A stretch of DNA of 32,000 bases from Candidatus Hermodarchaeota archaeon (GCA_048886185.1 JBHLKY010000026.1:1-32000), one strand, 5' to 3'; shown: positions 1-9,198, counted from the first letter of the stretch. Notes: generated by a model from the letters alone, not told the origin. Program-made: numbers and translations.

Positions 1-1
1 G

Positions 2-1390
2 ACTCAAATCAAGAAATTTTCTGGTGAAAATACTTTTTTTGATTGGAAAAGTGATCTTTATGTCTACTTCTCTTTAATGGCTTTGTCATTACTTGAAGAT
101 GGCGGAATTTTAGCTTTTTTGACCAGTAATGCTTGGCTTGAGGTTAAATATGGGCGAACTCTTCAAAAATACATTTTAGATCCAATTAACGGGATTTACA
201 TGTTTGAAATTATTCATAGGAGGGGGAGGCGATTGTGGGATCAACTTGGAATTAACTCAGTCATTTTTATTGGACAAAAAGCACTTAGTAAGAATGCAAC
301 TATTCCAAAGGGGACTTTTACAGAATTTCTTGTTGATTTTTCACAGGTTCCTCTTTCGTCACTAAGAAATTGTATCATGTTTCAAAATACATATGAGGAT
401 CAGTATTATCGCATTGAATTAATTCAACGAGATCTATTAAAACAAACTCATAAATGGGGTGGGACATTTCTGCGTACTTCTGGTTCTGAAAGAGTACTCC
501 TCAAGAGATTTAAGAATAGGGGTCTTCCTCTTTCCTTGCTAGCTGATGTTAGGTTTGGAATTAAGACTGGTGCTAATGATTTTTTCCATATTCGTTGTAT
601 TGAAGACAAACCACGATCTGATGGTAAAACATACATAAAAAATAGAATGGGCTATGAGGGATTAGTTGAAAATATATATTTAGTTCCTTTAGTGAAAAGT
701 CCTGCAGATATTAAAGGCTTTGTCATTCCTTCTTCATTTACATCTAATTTGTACCTTTTTTATTGTCTTGACTCTCCCAATGAATTACAAGGATCAGAGG
801 CATTGAAATATATTAAATGGGCTGAGAAAGTAAATGTCGTTGTAAAACAGGGAAAGGCAAGTGGATCAAAGGTTCAAGGATTCTCTTCACTTCGAAGTGT
901 GAAACAAAGGGAGTATTGGTACTCAATTGGAGAGTATCCACCTCCCTCTTTACTCTGGACCAAAAGCTATCATGATAGACCAGGATGTCTATACAATCAA
1001 GCAAAGATGTTTCCAGATCAGCGTTTATATGGAATTAATGTGACGAAAAAAGAACATCTGCCCTTGATCTTTACATACCTCAATAGTAGTTTGGTTTGGG
1101 CCCAGATGGAGGCTGAAGGTAATACTAATATGGGATTTGGGGTCTTAGATACAAATGTTTACTTTTTAAGAGAGATTAAGATTCCTATTGATGCAATGGA
1201 AGAAAAAAATCAGATTTTAAGACTGATGAATGAATTAATCAACCAAGAGGAACGAGTATCAATGCTTCAGTTCTCCCCAGTCCGTTCTGAAATTGATCAG
1301 TTCTATGCAAAATATTTCAATCTCTCTCATAATTCAATGGAAAGATTATATGGTTATATTTCACGATCAATTCATAATCGAATACGATAG
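2..1390 (+). CDS. N6-adenine DNA methyltransferase, type IIG/Eco57I-TaqI-like restriction-modification protein, C-terminal part (5'-truncated by window)
   Basis: Frame is open from base 2 (TQIKKFSGENTFFDWKSDLYVYFSLMALSLLEDGGILAFLTSNAWL..YG), so ATG 77 is internal. DLYVYF / GG.LAFLTSN.WL...YG is the segment that follows NPPY in gamma-class N6-MTases. GIKTGANDFF and the downstream region resemble a TaqI-like target recognition domain. The NPPY motif itself lies outside the window. Confidence 0.85.
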   Translation, partial: TQIKKFSGENTFFDWKSDLYVYFSLMALSLLEDGGILAFLTSNAWLEVKYGRTLQKYILDPINGIYMFEIIHRRGRRLWDQLGINSVIFIGQKALSKNATIPKGTFTEFLVDFSQVPLSSLRNCIMFQNTYEDQYYRIELIQRDLLKQTHKWGGTFLRTSGSERVLLKRFKNRGLPLSLLADVRFGIKTGANDFFHIRCIEDKPRSDGKTYIKNRMGYEGLVENIYLVPLVKSPADIKGFVIPSSFTSNLYLFYCLDSPNELQGSEALKYIKWAEKVNVVVKQGKASGSKVQGFSSLRSVKQREYWYSIGEYPPPSLLWTKSYHDRPGCLYNQAKMFPDQRLYGINVTKKEHLPLIFTYLNSSLVWAQMEAEGNTNMGFGVLDTNVYFLREIKIPIDAMEEKNQILRLMNELINQEERVSMLQFSPVRSEIDQFYAKYFNLSHNSMERLYGYISRSIHNRIR

Positions 1391-1537
1391 GTAAACAATT
1401 CATCATCTATAACGTTCTGATAGGCTGAAAATTAAAATCCAGTTATTATTACTCGGAAAGATTTTCTAGTTACCTTTTCAATAATTATATCCAGTTGTAA
1501 CCTGACAATATTTTTCTATTTATACAGGGTTTCCCAC

Positions 1538-2194
1538 ATGAGAATGTTGATCATGCAAAAAGATCCAATTCAAAGAGATGATGTTATAAAACAGCTCATC
1601 AGCCAACAGTTTTTCATATATCCTAATATCATCACGGATCGTACTTATCGTTTACAACATATAATTCAGGGTTCCGATCAAGTCCTTAATAAGTTTTCAG
1701 ACTTCCTGCATAATCTCAGTTATAATCTAAGAGGAACAGATCCCATACCTTATAACCTTGTATTGAAAAAAGCGGGGGAAACTTTGAAACTTAAATCATC
1801 AGTTACACAGCAGCGTTTTTACGAAAAAACACATATTTTCCTCGGAGAAGGGCTTGCAACTGAAGATATAATGTTCATAACTGCTATTGCTTCCATTCTT
1901 GAGGTTCTTGACATACAACACTTTCGTAGTCTTATTGAAAAGCTCTATGATTTATATCTACAATTATGTATTCAGAATATTCCAAGTATAAATGATAAAA
2001 ATCTCTCAAAACACTTTAATGCTGGGATAAAACTGCTAGGGGAAATTGCAGATTCTCACTTTTCGCTTTTACACAATATTCTGAAGTGTGAGAACTTAGC
2101 ACAGTTGTTTAAAATCGAGATAAAATATGATCAAGATATTGTAAAAGAATACTACCAAATTGTGATTAATAAAATTGTCTCAAGTGGATTTTAA
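1538..2194 (+). CDS. hypothetical protein, soluble, probably helical
   Basis: 218-codon ORF filling the gap between flanking genes; no recognisable motif; start could be a later ATG. Confidence 0.7.
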   Translation: MRMLIMQKDPIQRDDVIKQLISQQFFIYPNIITDRTYRLQHIIQGSDQVLNKFSDFLHNLSYNLRGTDPIPYNLVLKKAGETLKLKSSVTQQRFYEKTHIFLGEGLATEDIMFITAIASILEVLDIQHFRSLIEKLYDLYLQLCIQNIPSINDKNLSKHFNAGIKLLGEIADSHFSLLHNILKCENLAQLFKIEIKYDQDIVKEYYQIVINKIVSSGF

Positions 2195-2300
2195 ATCAAG
2201 TATCTAATTTAAGTTTTCTATAAGGGGAGAGTAAGAAATATAATATCAATTAATTCTTACCTATAGAAAAACAAGAACAAGATCAATCTGTCATAAAGAA

Positions 2301-2927
2301 GTGATAAAAATGTTCGAAGAAATTCTTGATCTACTTTTGCCATTAATTCTAATCATTGCAGGGATTATTGGTTTAGCTTATGGTATTAATAAGCTATTAA
2401 AAGGAAAGGAATACGAATCTAATATTTTGAAGTATTTAGCTTTAGCTACAAGTGTTGTTATTGGATTGGTAAACCTATGGGCGATATTTGAGTGGAAACT
2501 AGATACAACTCCTACTGAGGTAACAATGGTTCACTGGCTTACGATTCTATTAATATTTTTAGCAGGTTCCTCAATGCTTGCGGAACCACTGAAAGATACT
2601 CCCTTGGCAGCAGTTATTGCATCACTTGCTTTTGGTGCATTGGCAGGGATATTTCTGTTTTTTGCTGATTTTAATGAAGGTTTTTCAAATCCTGAAGTAC
2701 TAGGTGGTATCAATATTCCATTATGGCTTGTAATTCTATTGATTGTGATCATAGTTGGAGTTTTGTTTTTAATTACCCTATTTACTGAATTTACGGTAGA
2801 TAGAGTATTACAACTGATTAGTTGGGCTCCTGTTGTAATTCTTCTTACTGGTCTCCTCGCTATTCAGGGTTTACTAATGATTGTCCTTGGTGATGCCGGT
2901 GGAATTTGGGCACTTCTCGATTTATAG
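2301..2927 (+). CDS. hypothetical multi-pass membrane protein (~6 TM)
   Basis: 208-aa ORF with about six hydrophobic stretches; start GTG 2301 or ATG 2310. Confidence 0.8.
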   Translation: MIKMFEEILDLLLPLILIIAGIIGLAYGINKLLKGKEYESNILKYLALATSVVIGLVNLWAIFEWKLDTTPTEVTMVHWLTILLIFLAGSSMLAEPLKDTPLAAVIASLAFGALAGIFLFFADFNEGFSNPEVLGGINIPLWLVILLIVIIVGVLFLITLFTEFTVDRVLQLISWAPVVILLTGLLAIQGLLMIVLGDAGGIWALLDL

Positions 2928-2940
2928 GTAAAAAAATATA

Positions 2941-2976
2941 GATGATTAGAGAGAATTTGCCTCTCTCCTAGTCATC
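2941..2976. terminator. bidirectional hairpin terminator candidate between convergent genes
   Basis: GATGATTAG-AGAGA / TCTCTCCTAGTCATC imperfect inverted repeat with a 7-nt loop. An A-run lies on the left (T-run on minus strand) and ACTTTTTT on the right. It sits between stops at 2927 (+) and 3006 (-). Confidence 0.55.
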
Positions 2977-3005
2977 CACAACTTTTTTCGTAAACTGAAA
3001 AATTA

Positions 3006-3545
3006 TCAACCTGATCGGGCATTAGTCTTTCCTATGATCTGATGTGCTAACTTTGTAAAAGCTTCATCAATATTTTCCCCTGTTTTAGCTGAAGTTTCAA
3101 TAAATTCGGCATTTAAAGACTTAGCTTTGACAAATCCTTGAATAGTCTTTACACAATTAGGTACTTCATCTCTCAAATCAATTTTGTTACCAATCAATAC
3201 AACTGGTAGTTCTGGGAATGATTGAGCATAAGATTGAGCTTCTCTAATCCAAGAATCGATACCTTCCAATGTCTTTGGTTGAGTAATATCATAAACAGCA
3301 AGGGCACCCATACTTCCGACGAAATATGCCTTCATTACTTGTCTAAAAGCTGGTTGTCCCGCAAGATCCCAGATTTGCCATTCAACAGTATGCTCTGCTA
3401 TATTTATTTTTAGATAAGCAAAATCTGCACCCATTGTTGCAAGAAAATCAGCTTTAAACCCCTCTCCCATATATCTACGGCGAATAGATGTCTTCCCAAC
3501 AGCACCATCGCCAATTAATACAATTTTAAAGATATATTTCGCCAT
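3006..3545 (-). CDS. Rab-like small GTPase (Ras superfamily), 179 aa
   Basis: G1 GDGAVGKT, switch I ATMGADF, G3 WDLAGQ, YFVGSMGALAVYDIT, G4 NKID, G5 ETSAKTG. True start taken as ATG 3545 (MAKYIFKIVLIG); the 39 codons upstream in the ORF track look non-coding. Confidence 0.95.
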   Translation of the reverse strand: MAKYIFKIVLIGDGAVGKTSIRRRYMGEGFKADFLATMGADFAYLKINIAEHTVEWQIWDLAGQPAFRQVMKAYFVGSMGALAVYDITQPKTLEGIDSWIREAQSYAQSFPELPVVLIGNKIDLRDEVPNCVKTIQGFVKAKSLNAEFIETSAKTGENIDEAFTKLAHQIIGKTNARSG

Positions 3546-3685
3546 AAGGACATAACCACATGAGGAGCTTATTCTTTCATTCGAAATTAGTAATGTTTCA
3601 TTAGTTTTTAAGAGATGCCAAATTTGATATGAAAATGATAAAAATACTATAAATAAGCACAAGTTTGACTTTCTAGGTTTAAGAA

Positions 3686-4327
3686 ATGTGTTCAGGGCAA
3701 ACAGATTCTAATTTAAAAAGCGAATTGTTAGTCTTTGTCGTTGGAGCATCAGGTAGTGGAAAAGATACTGTTATGAGTAAAACTGTAAAAAATCTTCGTT
3801 TAGAACAGATACCAATCAAAATTCTACAAAGGTATATTACCAGACCCTCTGATGCGACAGAAGAATCTGTTTATGTTTCTAAGAAGGAATTTTTACAGAA
3901 AAAATCAGAAAATCAATTCGCATTATCATGGTTTATATATAATAACTGGTATGGGTGTCCAAGGGAACTTCTAGATCAGTCTCTTGACCGAGGAGAAATC
4001 GTTCTTGTGAATGTCTCTCGTAGTGTCCTTCATGAGGCTCGTAAGCAATATCCAGAATCAAAAATTATCTATATAGATGTTCATACTTCAGTTGCAGAAA
4101 GCAGAATTAAGGCTAGAGGAAGGGAGGTTTCAAATCAACTTAATGAACGCTTAACAAGAATTCATGAAAGTATTGATATGCCAATTCCTGATAAGACAAT
4201 TCATAATGATGAAGATGTTGAGAGTGCAGTTCAAGAGTTAACAGATTATCTGAAAAAAATCTATCTAGAAGCTGGACTAAAGAAATTACCTCCAGAAAAC
4301 GCTGAAAACAATTTTCGAGTTGATTAA
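3686..4327 (+). CDS. phnN: ribose 1,5-bisphosphate phosphokinase (PhnN, guanylate kinase-like)
   Basis: P-loop GASGSGKDT, RYITRP, FALSW...YG, VLVNVSR and RGRE match PhnN hallmark motifs. Confidence 0.85.
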   Translation: MCSGQTDSNLKSELLVFVVGASGSGKDTVMSKTVKNLRLEQIPIKILQRYITRPSDATEESVYVSKKEFLQKKSENQFALSWFIYNNWYGCPRELLDQSLDRGEIVLVNVSRSVLHEARKQYPESKIIYIDVHTSVAESRIKARGREVSNQLNERLTRIHESIDMPIPDKTIHNDEDVESAVQELTDYLKKIYLEAGLKKLPPENAENNFRVD

Positions 4328-4901
4328 GATAAGCCACACAATAATAAAAAAACTAGAAAGAACCCCTCAACAAAATATTGTTATCGCACTAACTGGTTTA
4401 GCTGCAATTGCTACAATTGTAATATTCTTATTAATGCGCCCTGTTGAGACAGCTTTAAAAGCTGTAAGCCCATATGGCGTAATAGAATTAGAATTTGCTT
4501 GGAATATTGAACGGATCCATCAAATCTTCGGAGATTGGACTGAAGATTTAATACTTCAAGAGTTAAACGTTACTCTTTTAGATTATGTATTCCTTATAGC
4601 TTATTCAACATTTCTTGCTAGTCTCACTTTATTAGTCTCACGAAGGTTGTTAACAGGGCAATTACAATGCATTGGATTCTATATGACATTAGTTCCTTTC
4701 TTTGCTGCCTTTTTTGATGCAATAGAAAATCTTAATCTTATTTTGATGCTATCTTCACCATCAAACTTTCCTTCATTCTCCCCTCTCATCGCTTCCATAT
4801 CTGCAACGATAAAATTCGGTTTAATTATCATTGTTGTTATTTTCATTGTAGTAGCTATCTTATGGTCATTATTTCAACGATTTTCAGATCGCACTGAATA
4901 A
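4320..4901 (+). CDS. hypothetical membrane protein (~4 TM) with polar intramembrane residues
   Basis: TTG start overlaps the phnN stop by 8 nt. Hydrophobic helices carry LDY..LIAY, FDAIEN and IKF motifs. Confidence 0.75.
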   Translation: MIKISHTIIKKLERTPQQNIVIALTGLAAIATIVIFLLMRPVETALKAVSPYGVIELEFAWNIERIHQIFGDWTEDLILQELNVTLLDYVFLIAYSTFLASLTLLVSRRLLTGQLQCIGFYMTLVPFFAAFFDAIENLNLILMLSSPSNFPSFSPLIASISATIKFGLIIIVVIFIVVAILWSLFQRFSDRTE

Positions 4902-4948
4902 AATATTAATTCTTTATATCAGATATAATTAAAAAAGGTAAGTTTCTC

Positions 4949-5440
4949 ATGCAGCTCCCTACTCATCTCATTGCTGGTATTTTGATTCAGATCACTATCA
5001 GTGAGTTAATCCGAACCCCAACTTGGGTATCTTTTTCATTGGTGGCTATCATCACTTTTTGCTCTCATTTTCTTTTAGATCCTATTGCGAGGATTACTTA
5101 TCACCCTCCAGAAAGAATCCATGATAATTTTTGGCTTACTTGGCATATTTTTGTATATATTACTGGTTTTATCATTATTGGGCTATTTATTTGGAATTAT
5201 TGGCTTGGGATGCTTTTTGCATATCTTCCTGATTTGTGGGATTGGTATATACTACGTAATATAGCTTCAAGAAAGAATCAACCTGATTGGGGGAAAAAAT
5301 ACTATCTTCATCCTATTAGTACTAAGATTCGGAATTCTTTCTTTTCGTGGTTGCCAGATTTGACTTTAGAACAAATTGGGATTCTTCCAGAATTGAGTTT
5401 AATAATCCTGTGGTTTAGTATTATCGTTTTTTCTAGCTGA
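4949..5440 (+). CDS. small membrane protein, possible His/Asp metal-dependent membrane hydrolase
   Basis: 163 aa with hydrophobic segments and THL, SHFLLD, YH, WH, LPDLWD and LHP motifs. These recall YdjM-like membrane hydrolases, but the motif order differs. Confidence 0.65.
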   Translation: MQLPTHLIAGILIQITISELIRTPTWVSFSLVAIITFCSHFLLDPIARITYHPPERIHDNFWLTWHIFVYITGFIIIGLFIWNYWLGMLFAYLPDLWDWYILRNIASRKNQPDWGKKYYLHPISTKIRNSFFSWLPDLTLEQIGILPELSLIILWFSIIVFSS

Positions 5441-5490
5441 AAGTGGGAATCTTCAGACCAAGTTTTTCTTCATCTATTGGTCTTACAAAT

Positions 5491-6756
5491 TTATTTTGGT
5501 TTTTCCAATTGATAATATTGATTTTCGGTTATGCTGGTTTTACAAAGGATTTTTCCTTTTCTAATTGTTGTGCGTGTGGGAGGTGTTGTTCGTATTGCTT
5601 CGGAAACTGACTTTACTCCATGTAAAATTACAATATTTGCTTGGGCACCAACTCTCAATCCATGGTTTTCGATTCCTAATATTATAGATGCATTTTTGGT
5701 TGTCATATCATATAATATATTGATTTCTGATCGAGAAGTCATTTTGGCAGCATGGCCAAGAAGATTGGCAACTTCCAGCATATCTCCTTTTCCAAAAGGA
5801 TAGTAAGGATCATAAATACAGTCTTGGCCGCATGTGACATTGATATTAGCTTTAAGTAGCTCTTTTACGCGTGTAATTCCAACTCTTTGCTTTTTATGAT
5901 CTAATCGTCCTTGTAAAACCATATTAGTACCTGGATTGGTAATTACATTGATATTTGCCTGTTTTACCAAGTTGATAATGCGACTTGCATAATAATTATC
6001 CTGAGCAGCAAGAGAGCATATATGATCCACTGTAACTCTACCATGATATTCTCTTTTAATTGTCTTAGCAGCAAGATATTGTAGAGTCCGTGAATTTGGA
6101 TCATCTGTTTCATCCGTATGAGAATCAATATCCACATTGAATTGTTTTGCAATGTCAAATATTATCTCGATATGGTGTTTAGAATCATCAGGGGTATATT
6201 CATTATGTGGCATCCCACCTATAAGATCAGCTCCCAACTCCATCGCCTTATACAATAACTCCTCAGTACTTTCGTCCTTAAGAATTCCTTCTTGAGGAAA
6301 AGCAACTATTTGCAGATCGATAACATCATTGTAAGCTTTTTTTACTTCAAGAAGTCCCTTTAGAGGTGTTAGGTTACCGATAGAATCTACATCTACATGT
6401 GTTCGAAAATGAGTTACTCCATATTTGATCTGTTGATCGATAACTTTACTCGCACGTTTCTGGATATCATCTTTGGTATAATTTTGTTTTACCTCCCATG
6501 TTTTTTGTATCGCTTCCCATAGAGTTCCTGATTCATTTGGTTCGATGATTTCACCAATGAGAACCTTATCAAAATGATTGTGAGGTGAAATGAAACTTTC
6601 CGTTACCAAAGAGCCTTCTGCGTCGATATGTTCTGCATCCTTAAGTTCAACAATCTTACCACCTGATTTATTTATGCTACGAATTGTACCATATTCAATC
6701 ACGATATCTACGAGTTTTCCATCACGAGTAAGAGCATTTTCAATAATTAAATTCAT
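5491..6756 (-). CDS. cytosine deaminase (CodA)-family amidohydrolase
   Basis: HNHFDK (HxH), QIVAFPQEG, DSHTDE, VDH and GQDCIYDPYYPFG align with E. coli CodA metal and catalytic motifs. Start ATG 6756 (alternative 6768). Confidence 0.9.
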   Translation of the reverse strand: MNLIIENALTRDGKLVDIVIEYGTIRSINKSGGKIVELKDAEHIDAEGSLVTESFISPHNHFDKVLIGEIIEPNESGTLWEAIQKTWEVKQNYTKDDIQKRASKVIDQQIKYGVTHFRTHVDVDSIGNLTPLKGLLEVKKAYNDVIDLQIVAFPQEGILKDESTEELLYKAMELGADLIGGMPHNEYTPDDSKHHIEIIFDIAKQFNVDIDSHTDETDDPNSRTLQYLAAKTIKREYHGRVTVDHICSLAAQDNYYASRIINLVKQANINVITNPGTNMVLQGRLDHKKQRVGITRVKELLKANINVTCGQDCIYDPYYPFGKGDMLEVANLLGHAAKMTSRSEINILYDMTTKNASIILGIENHGLRVGAQANIVILHGVKSVSEAIRTTPPTRTTIRKGKILCKTSITENQYYQLEKPK

Positions 6757-6942
6757 CCTTTCTTGCATCCCACTGTAATATGGACGAGTTCTTCTTTAAT
6801 TATTTGATTGAAAAGATGGTTTATCAGGAATACCTTGTAATGATGAATCATAATGATGGCTAGAAAAAGAATTTTAATACCTAAAAAACAATTCTCTAAT
6901 TCCTTTTCACTGGTAGAAGTGGCATAAGCAAAATCAAAAGAG

Positions 6943-7668
6943 ATGATAACTATGTCAGTAGACGAAGAAATGCTACGTCCTCCACAAAATGAGATTAATC
7001 CTGAAAACACTCCCTATCCTCCAAAATACATATATTTGGCTGATGGAACAAAGATGGTTGTTCGTCAAATCACACGAGATGAGGTTAGGCAAATCGTTCC
7101 ATTGTTTTACGATATTGTTAGACTTACAGATTTCCAGTACTACGATATTGTGGGTGCCCGAATATTAGGAGAACTCTTAGCCTATATAAATTACCGAGTT
7201 CATGATGAGTATGTTATTCTTGGCCAAGACGGGAATACTGGTGAAGTTCTTGGTCTTGTGAACTCAAGGTTAACAGTCAATCCCAAAGTAGGAATGAGTC
7301 TTCATACAATGACCTTTAAGCGAGGACTTCGTGTTGGCGCTCATCTTTTCGTTGCGAAGATGGAAAATCATTTCCTTCTTGGCAATGAAGAAGTTTATAT
7401 TGTTGCAGAATCACCCATTGGATTCCGACGGTGGATGCAAGAATTGCGACTTGAACCACGTCCCCAGATTGAGCACGAATTAGGTGGTGTACCTTCTTAT
7501 TGTCTCACAAAAGAAAATTGGGAAGGTTATGTTTTCCATGAAAGACTCTTTGGCGAACGACCTGTTCCAGAAGATCTATTAGAGACCTGTAAAAAGAACA
7601 TATTACTTCCTAAAGATGTCATTTTTCAAATCACTCGTAAAACGAAGGAAGAATGGTTGAATGCGTGA
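6943..7668 (+). CDS. GNAT-fold (acyl-CoA N-acyltransferase-like) protein
   Basis: MVVRQITRDE beta1-alpha1 pattern, a VLGLVNS strand, and a variant motif A (KRGLRVGAHLF). Its stop overlaps the thiolase start. Alternative start ATG 6952. Confidence 0.65.
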   Translation: MITMSVDEEMLRPPQNEINPENTPYPPKYIYLADGTKMVVRQITRDEVRQIVPLFYDIVRLTDFQYYDIVGARILGELLAYINYRVHDEYVILGQDGNTGEVLGLVNSRLTVNPKVGMSLHTMTFKRGLRVGAHLFVAKMENHFLLGNEEVYIVAESPIGFRRWMQELRLEPRPQIEHELGGVPSYCLTKENWEGYVFHERLFGERPVPEDLLETCKKNILLPKDVIFQITRKTKEEWLNA

Positions 7669-8842
7669 AGTTGCTATTATTGGTGTTGGGATGGGGAGCC
7701 AATGGGGTCGTTATGAAGGATCTCTTATCGAAATGATGGCTGAGGCTTCTATAGATGCGATTGATGATGCTGGAACTGACCAGATCGATGCCGTTTTTGT
7801 CGCTAATATGGGAGCAGGACGTATTAACAACCAAACAGCTTTAGGTTCTGCTTTAATTGATTATTTGAATCTTTTCCCAGCTGTTGGTACATCTGTTGAG
7901 AATGGTCCAGCTTCAGGAGGTACAGCTGCCCGAATAGGATATATGGCTATTGCTTCAGGGATTCACGACTGTGTTATGGTCACTGGTGGAGAGAAGATGC
8001 GTGTTGCTCCTGGCCCAGTTGTTACTGACTTCATTGCTACCATGTCACATCCCGAGGCTGAATATATTTATGGTATTACATTTCCTTCTCTTGGTGCGAT
8101 GCTGGCACGAATCTATTTCAATAAATATGGAGTTACATCCGAAGATTTGGCTAGAATTGCCATAAAAAATCACGCGAATGGCTTAAAGAATCCTTATGCC
8201 CATATACAACAGAAAATTACTATGGAAGGTATTTTGACTTCTCGAGAGGCTAAGCTCAACAATCCTATTATTGCTGATCCACTTCGTCTATATGATATGT
8301 GTCCTGTAACTGATGGAGCAGCTTCGATTATAATGTGCTCTCTAGAGAAAGCGCAAGAGCTTTCTAGGGAACCGTTAATCAAGTTTATAGGAACTGGCCA
8401 AGGTATGGACACCATGGCTGTACATGAACGTGAGGATCCAACGTTTCTTAAAGCAGTGAAATATGCCTCAGATCAGGCTTTTTCAATGGCTGGATTAAAG
8501 AGAGAGGACATTGATCTAGCAGAAGTGCATAACGCTTTTGAAATATTAGAGATTGCAGAACTGGAATCTGCTGGGTTCTATGAGCGAGGTAAAGCTCATC
8601 TTGCCATTCGCAATGGAGAAACTGAAATTACTGGACGTTTTCCTGTTAATCCTTCAGGAGGTTTGAAAGCTCGTGGGCACCCTGTTGGTGCAACTGGGGT
8701 AGCACAGATTTGTGAGTTAGTATGGCAACTCAGAGGAGAAGCTGGAGAGCGTCAAGTCCCAAATGATCCTAGAAATGGATATGCAGTAAATTTTGGTGGA
8801 TTTGGCAACAATGTGGTTGTGACCATATTATCTAGAGTCTGA
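7661..8842 (+). CDS. thiolase-fold protein (archaeal/SCP2-type) lacking the nucleophilic Cys
   Basis: VAIIGVG, GGEKM, CPVTDGAA, AEVHNAF and NPSGGLKARGHPVGATG are thiolase motifs. VENGPASGG replaces the usual VEx(A)CASG. Confidence 0.92.
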   Translation: MREVAIIGVGMGSQWGRYEGSLIEMMAEASIDAIDDAGTDQIDAVFVANMGAGRINNQTALGSALIDYLNLFPAVGTSVENGPASGGTAARIGYMAIASGIHDCVMVTGGEKMRVAPGPVVTDFIATMSHPEAEYIYGITFPSLGAMLARIYFNKYGVTSEDLARIAIKNHANGLKNPYAHIQQKITMEGILTSREAKLNNPIIADPLRLYDMCPVTDGAASIIMCSLEKAQELSREPLIKFIGTGQGMDTMAVHEREDPTFLKAVKYASDQAFSMAGLKREDIDLAEVHNAFEILEIAELESAGFYERGKAHLAIRNGETEITGRFPVNPSGGLKARGHPVGATGVAQICELVWQLRGEAGERQVPNDPRNGYAVNFGGFGNNVVVTILSRV

Positions 8843-8853
8843 AGGTGAAAATT

Positions 8854-9198
8854 ATGTCAGAAAACATACCAAGTGGATTCAAATGTCTGAATTGTGGAAA
8901 AATTCATTACCCTAAGCACGGTCGATGTCTTCAGTGTAAAAAGCGTAATTTCAAAGTTATTGAACTACCCTCCGAAGGATCATTAATTACCTATACAATC
9001 TTAAAAGCCCCACCCACGGGTATAGATAAATCCTCACTTCTCTTAGGTATCATTGATCTGGGAGATGTCCGTTATACAGGTCAACTAGAGGTTGAACCTG
9101 ATCAACTTAAAATAGGGATGAAACTTAAGGCTGTTAGGAAAAAAGTCCGTTTGATCGATGGTAAACCTGTATCTGGTTTTGTCTGGGTTCAGTCTTAA
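8854..9198 (+). CDS. DUF35-family Zn-ribbon + OB-fold protein
   Basis: CLNCG..YP...CLQC zinc ribbon followed by G.LITYTI and IGMKL OB-fold features; lies directly after the thiolase. Start ATG 8854 behind GAAGGTGA (alternative GTG 8845). Confidence 0.9.
   Translation: MSENIPSGFKCLNCGKIHYPKHGRCLQCKKRNFKVIELPSEGSLITYTILKAPPTGIDKSSLLLGIIDLGDVRYTGQLEVEPDQLKIGMKLKAVRKKVRLIDGKPVSGFVWVQS

Noticed and set aside
3546-3662. 39-aa N-terminal extension of the Rab-like GTPase, which could look like a membrane anchor
   Set aside because: It lies in the AT-rich divergent promoter region with no RBS, and the G-domain begins right after ATG 3545.
5455-5483. AGACCAA/TTGGTCT inverted repeat between convergent genes
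   Set aside because: A 7-bp stem with a 15-nt loop is too weak to call a terminator.
6753-7010. 85-aa minus-strand ORF spanning the codA/GNAT intergenic region
   Set aside because: It overlaps both flanking starts, covers the presumed divergent promoter, and has no motif.
7661-9198. Thiolase/DUF35 as the mevalonate-pathway acetoacetyl-CoA thiolase complex
   Set aside because: The nucleophilic Cys is absent and no HMG-CoA synthase is adjacent.
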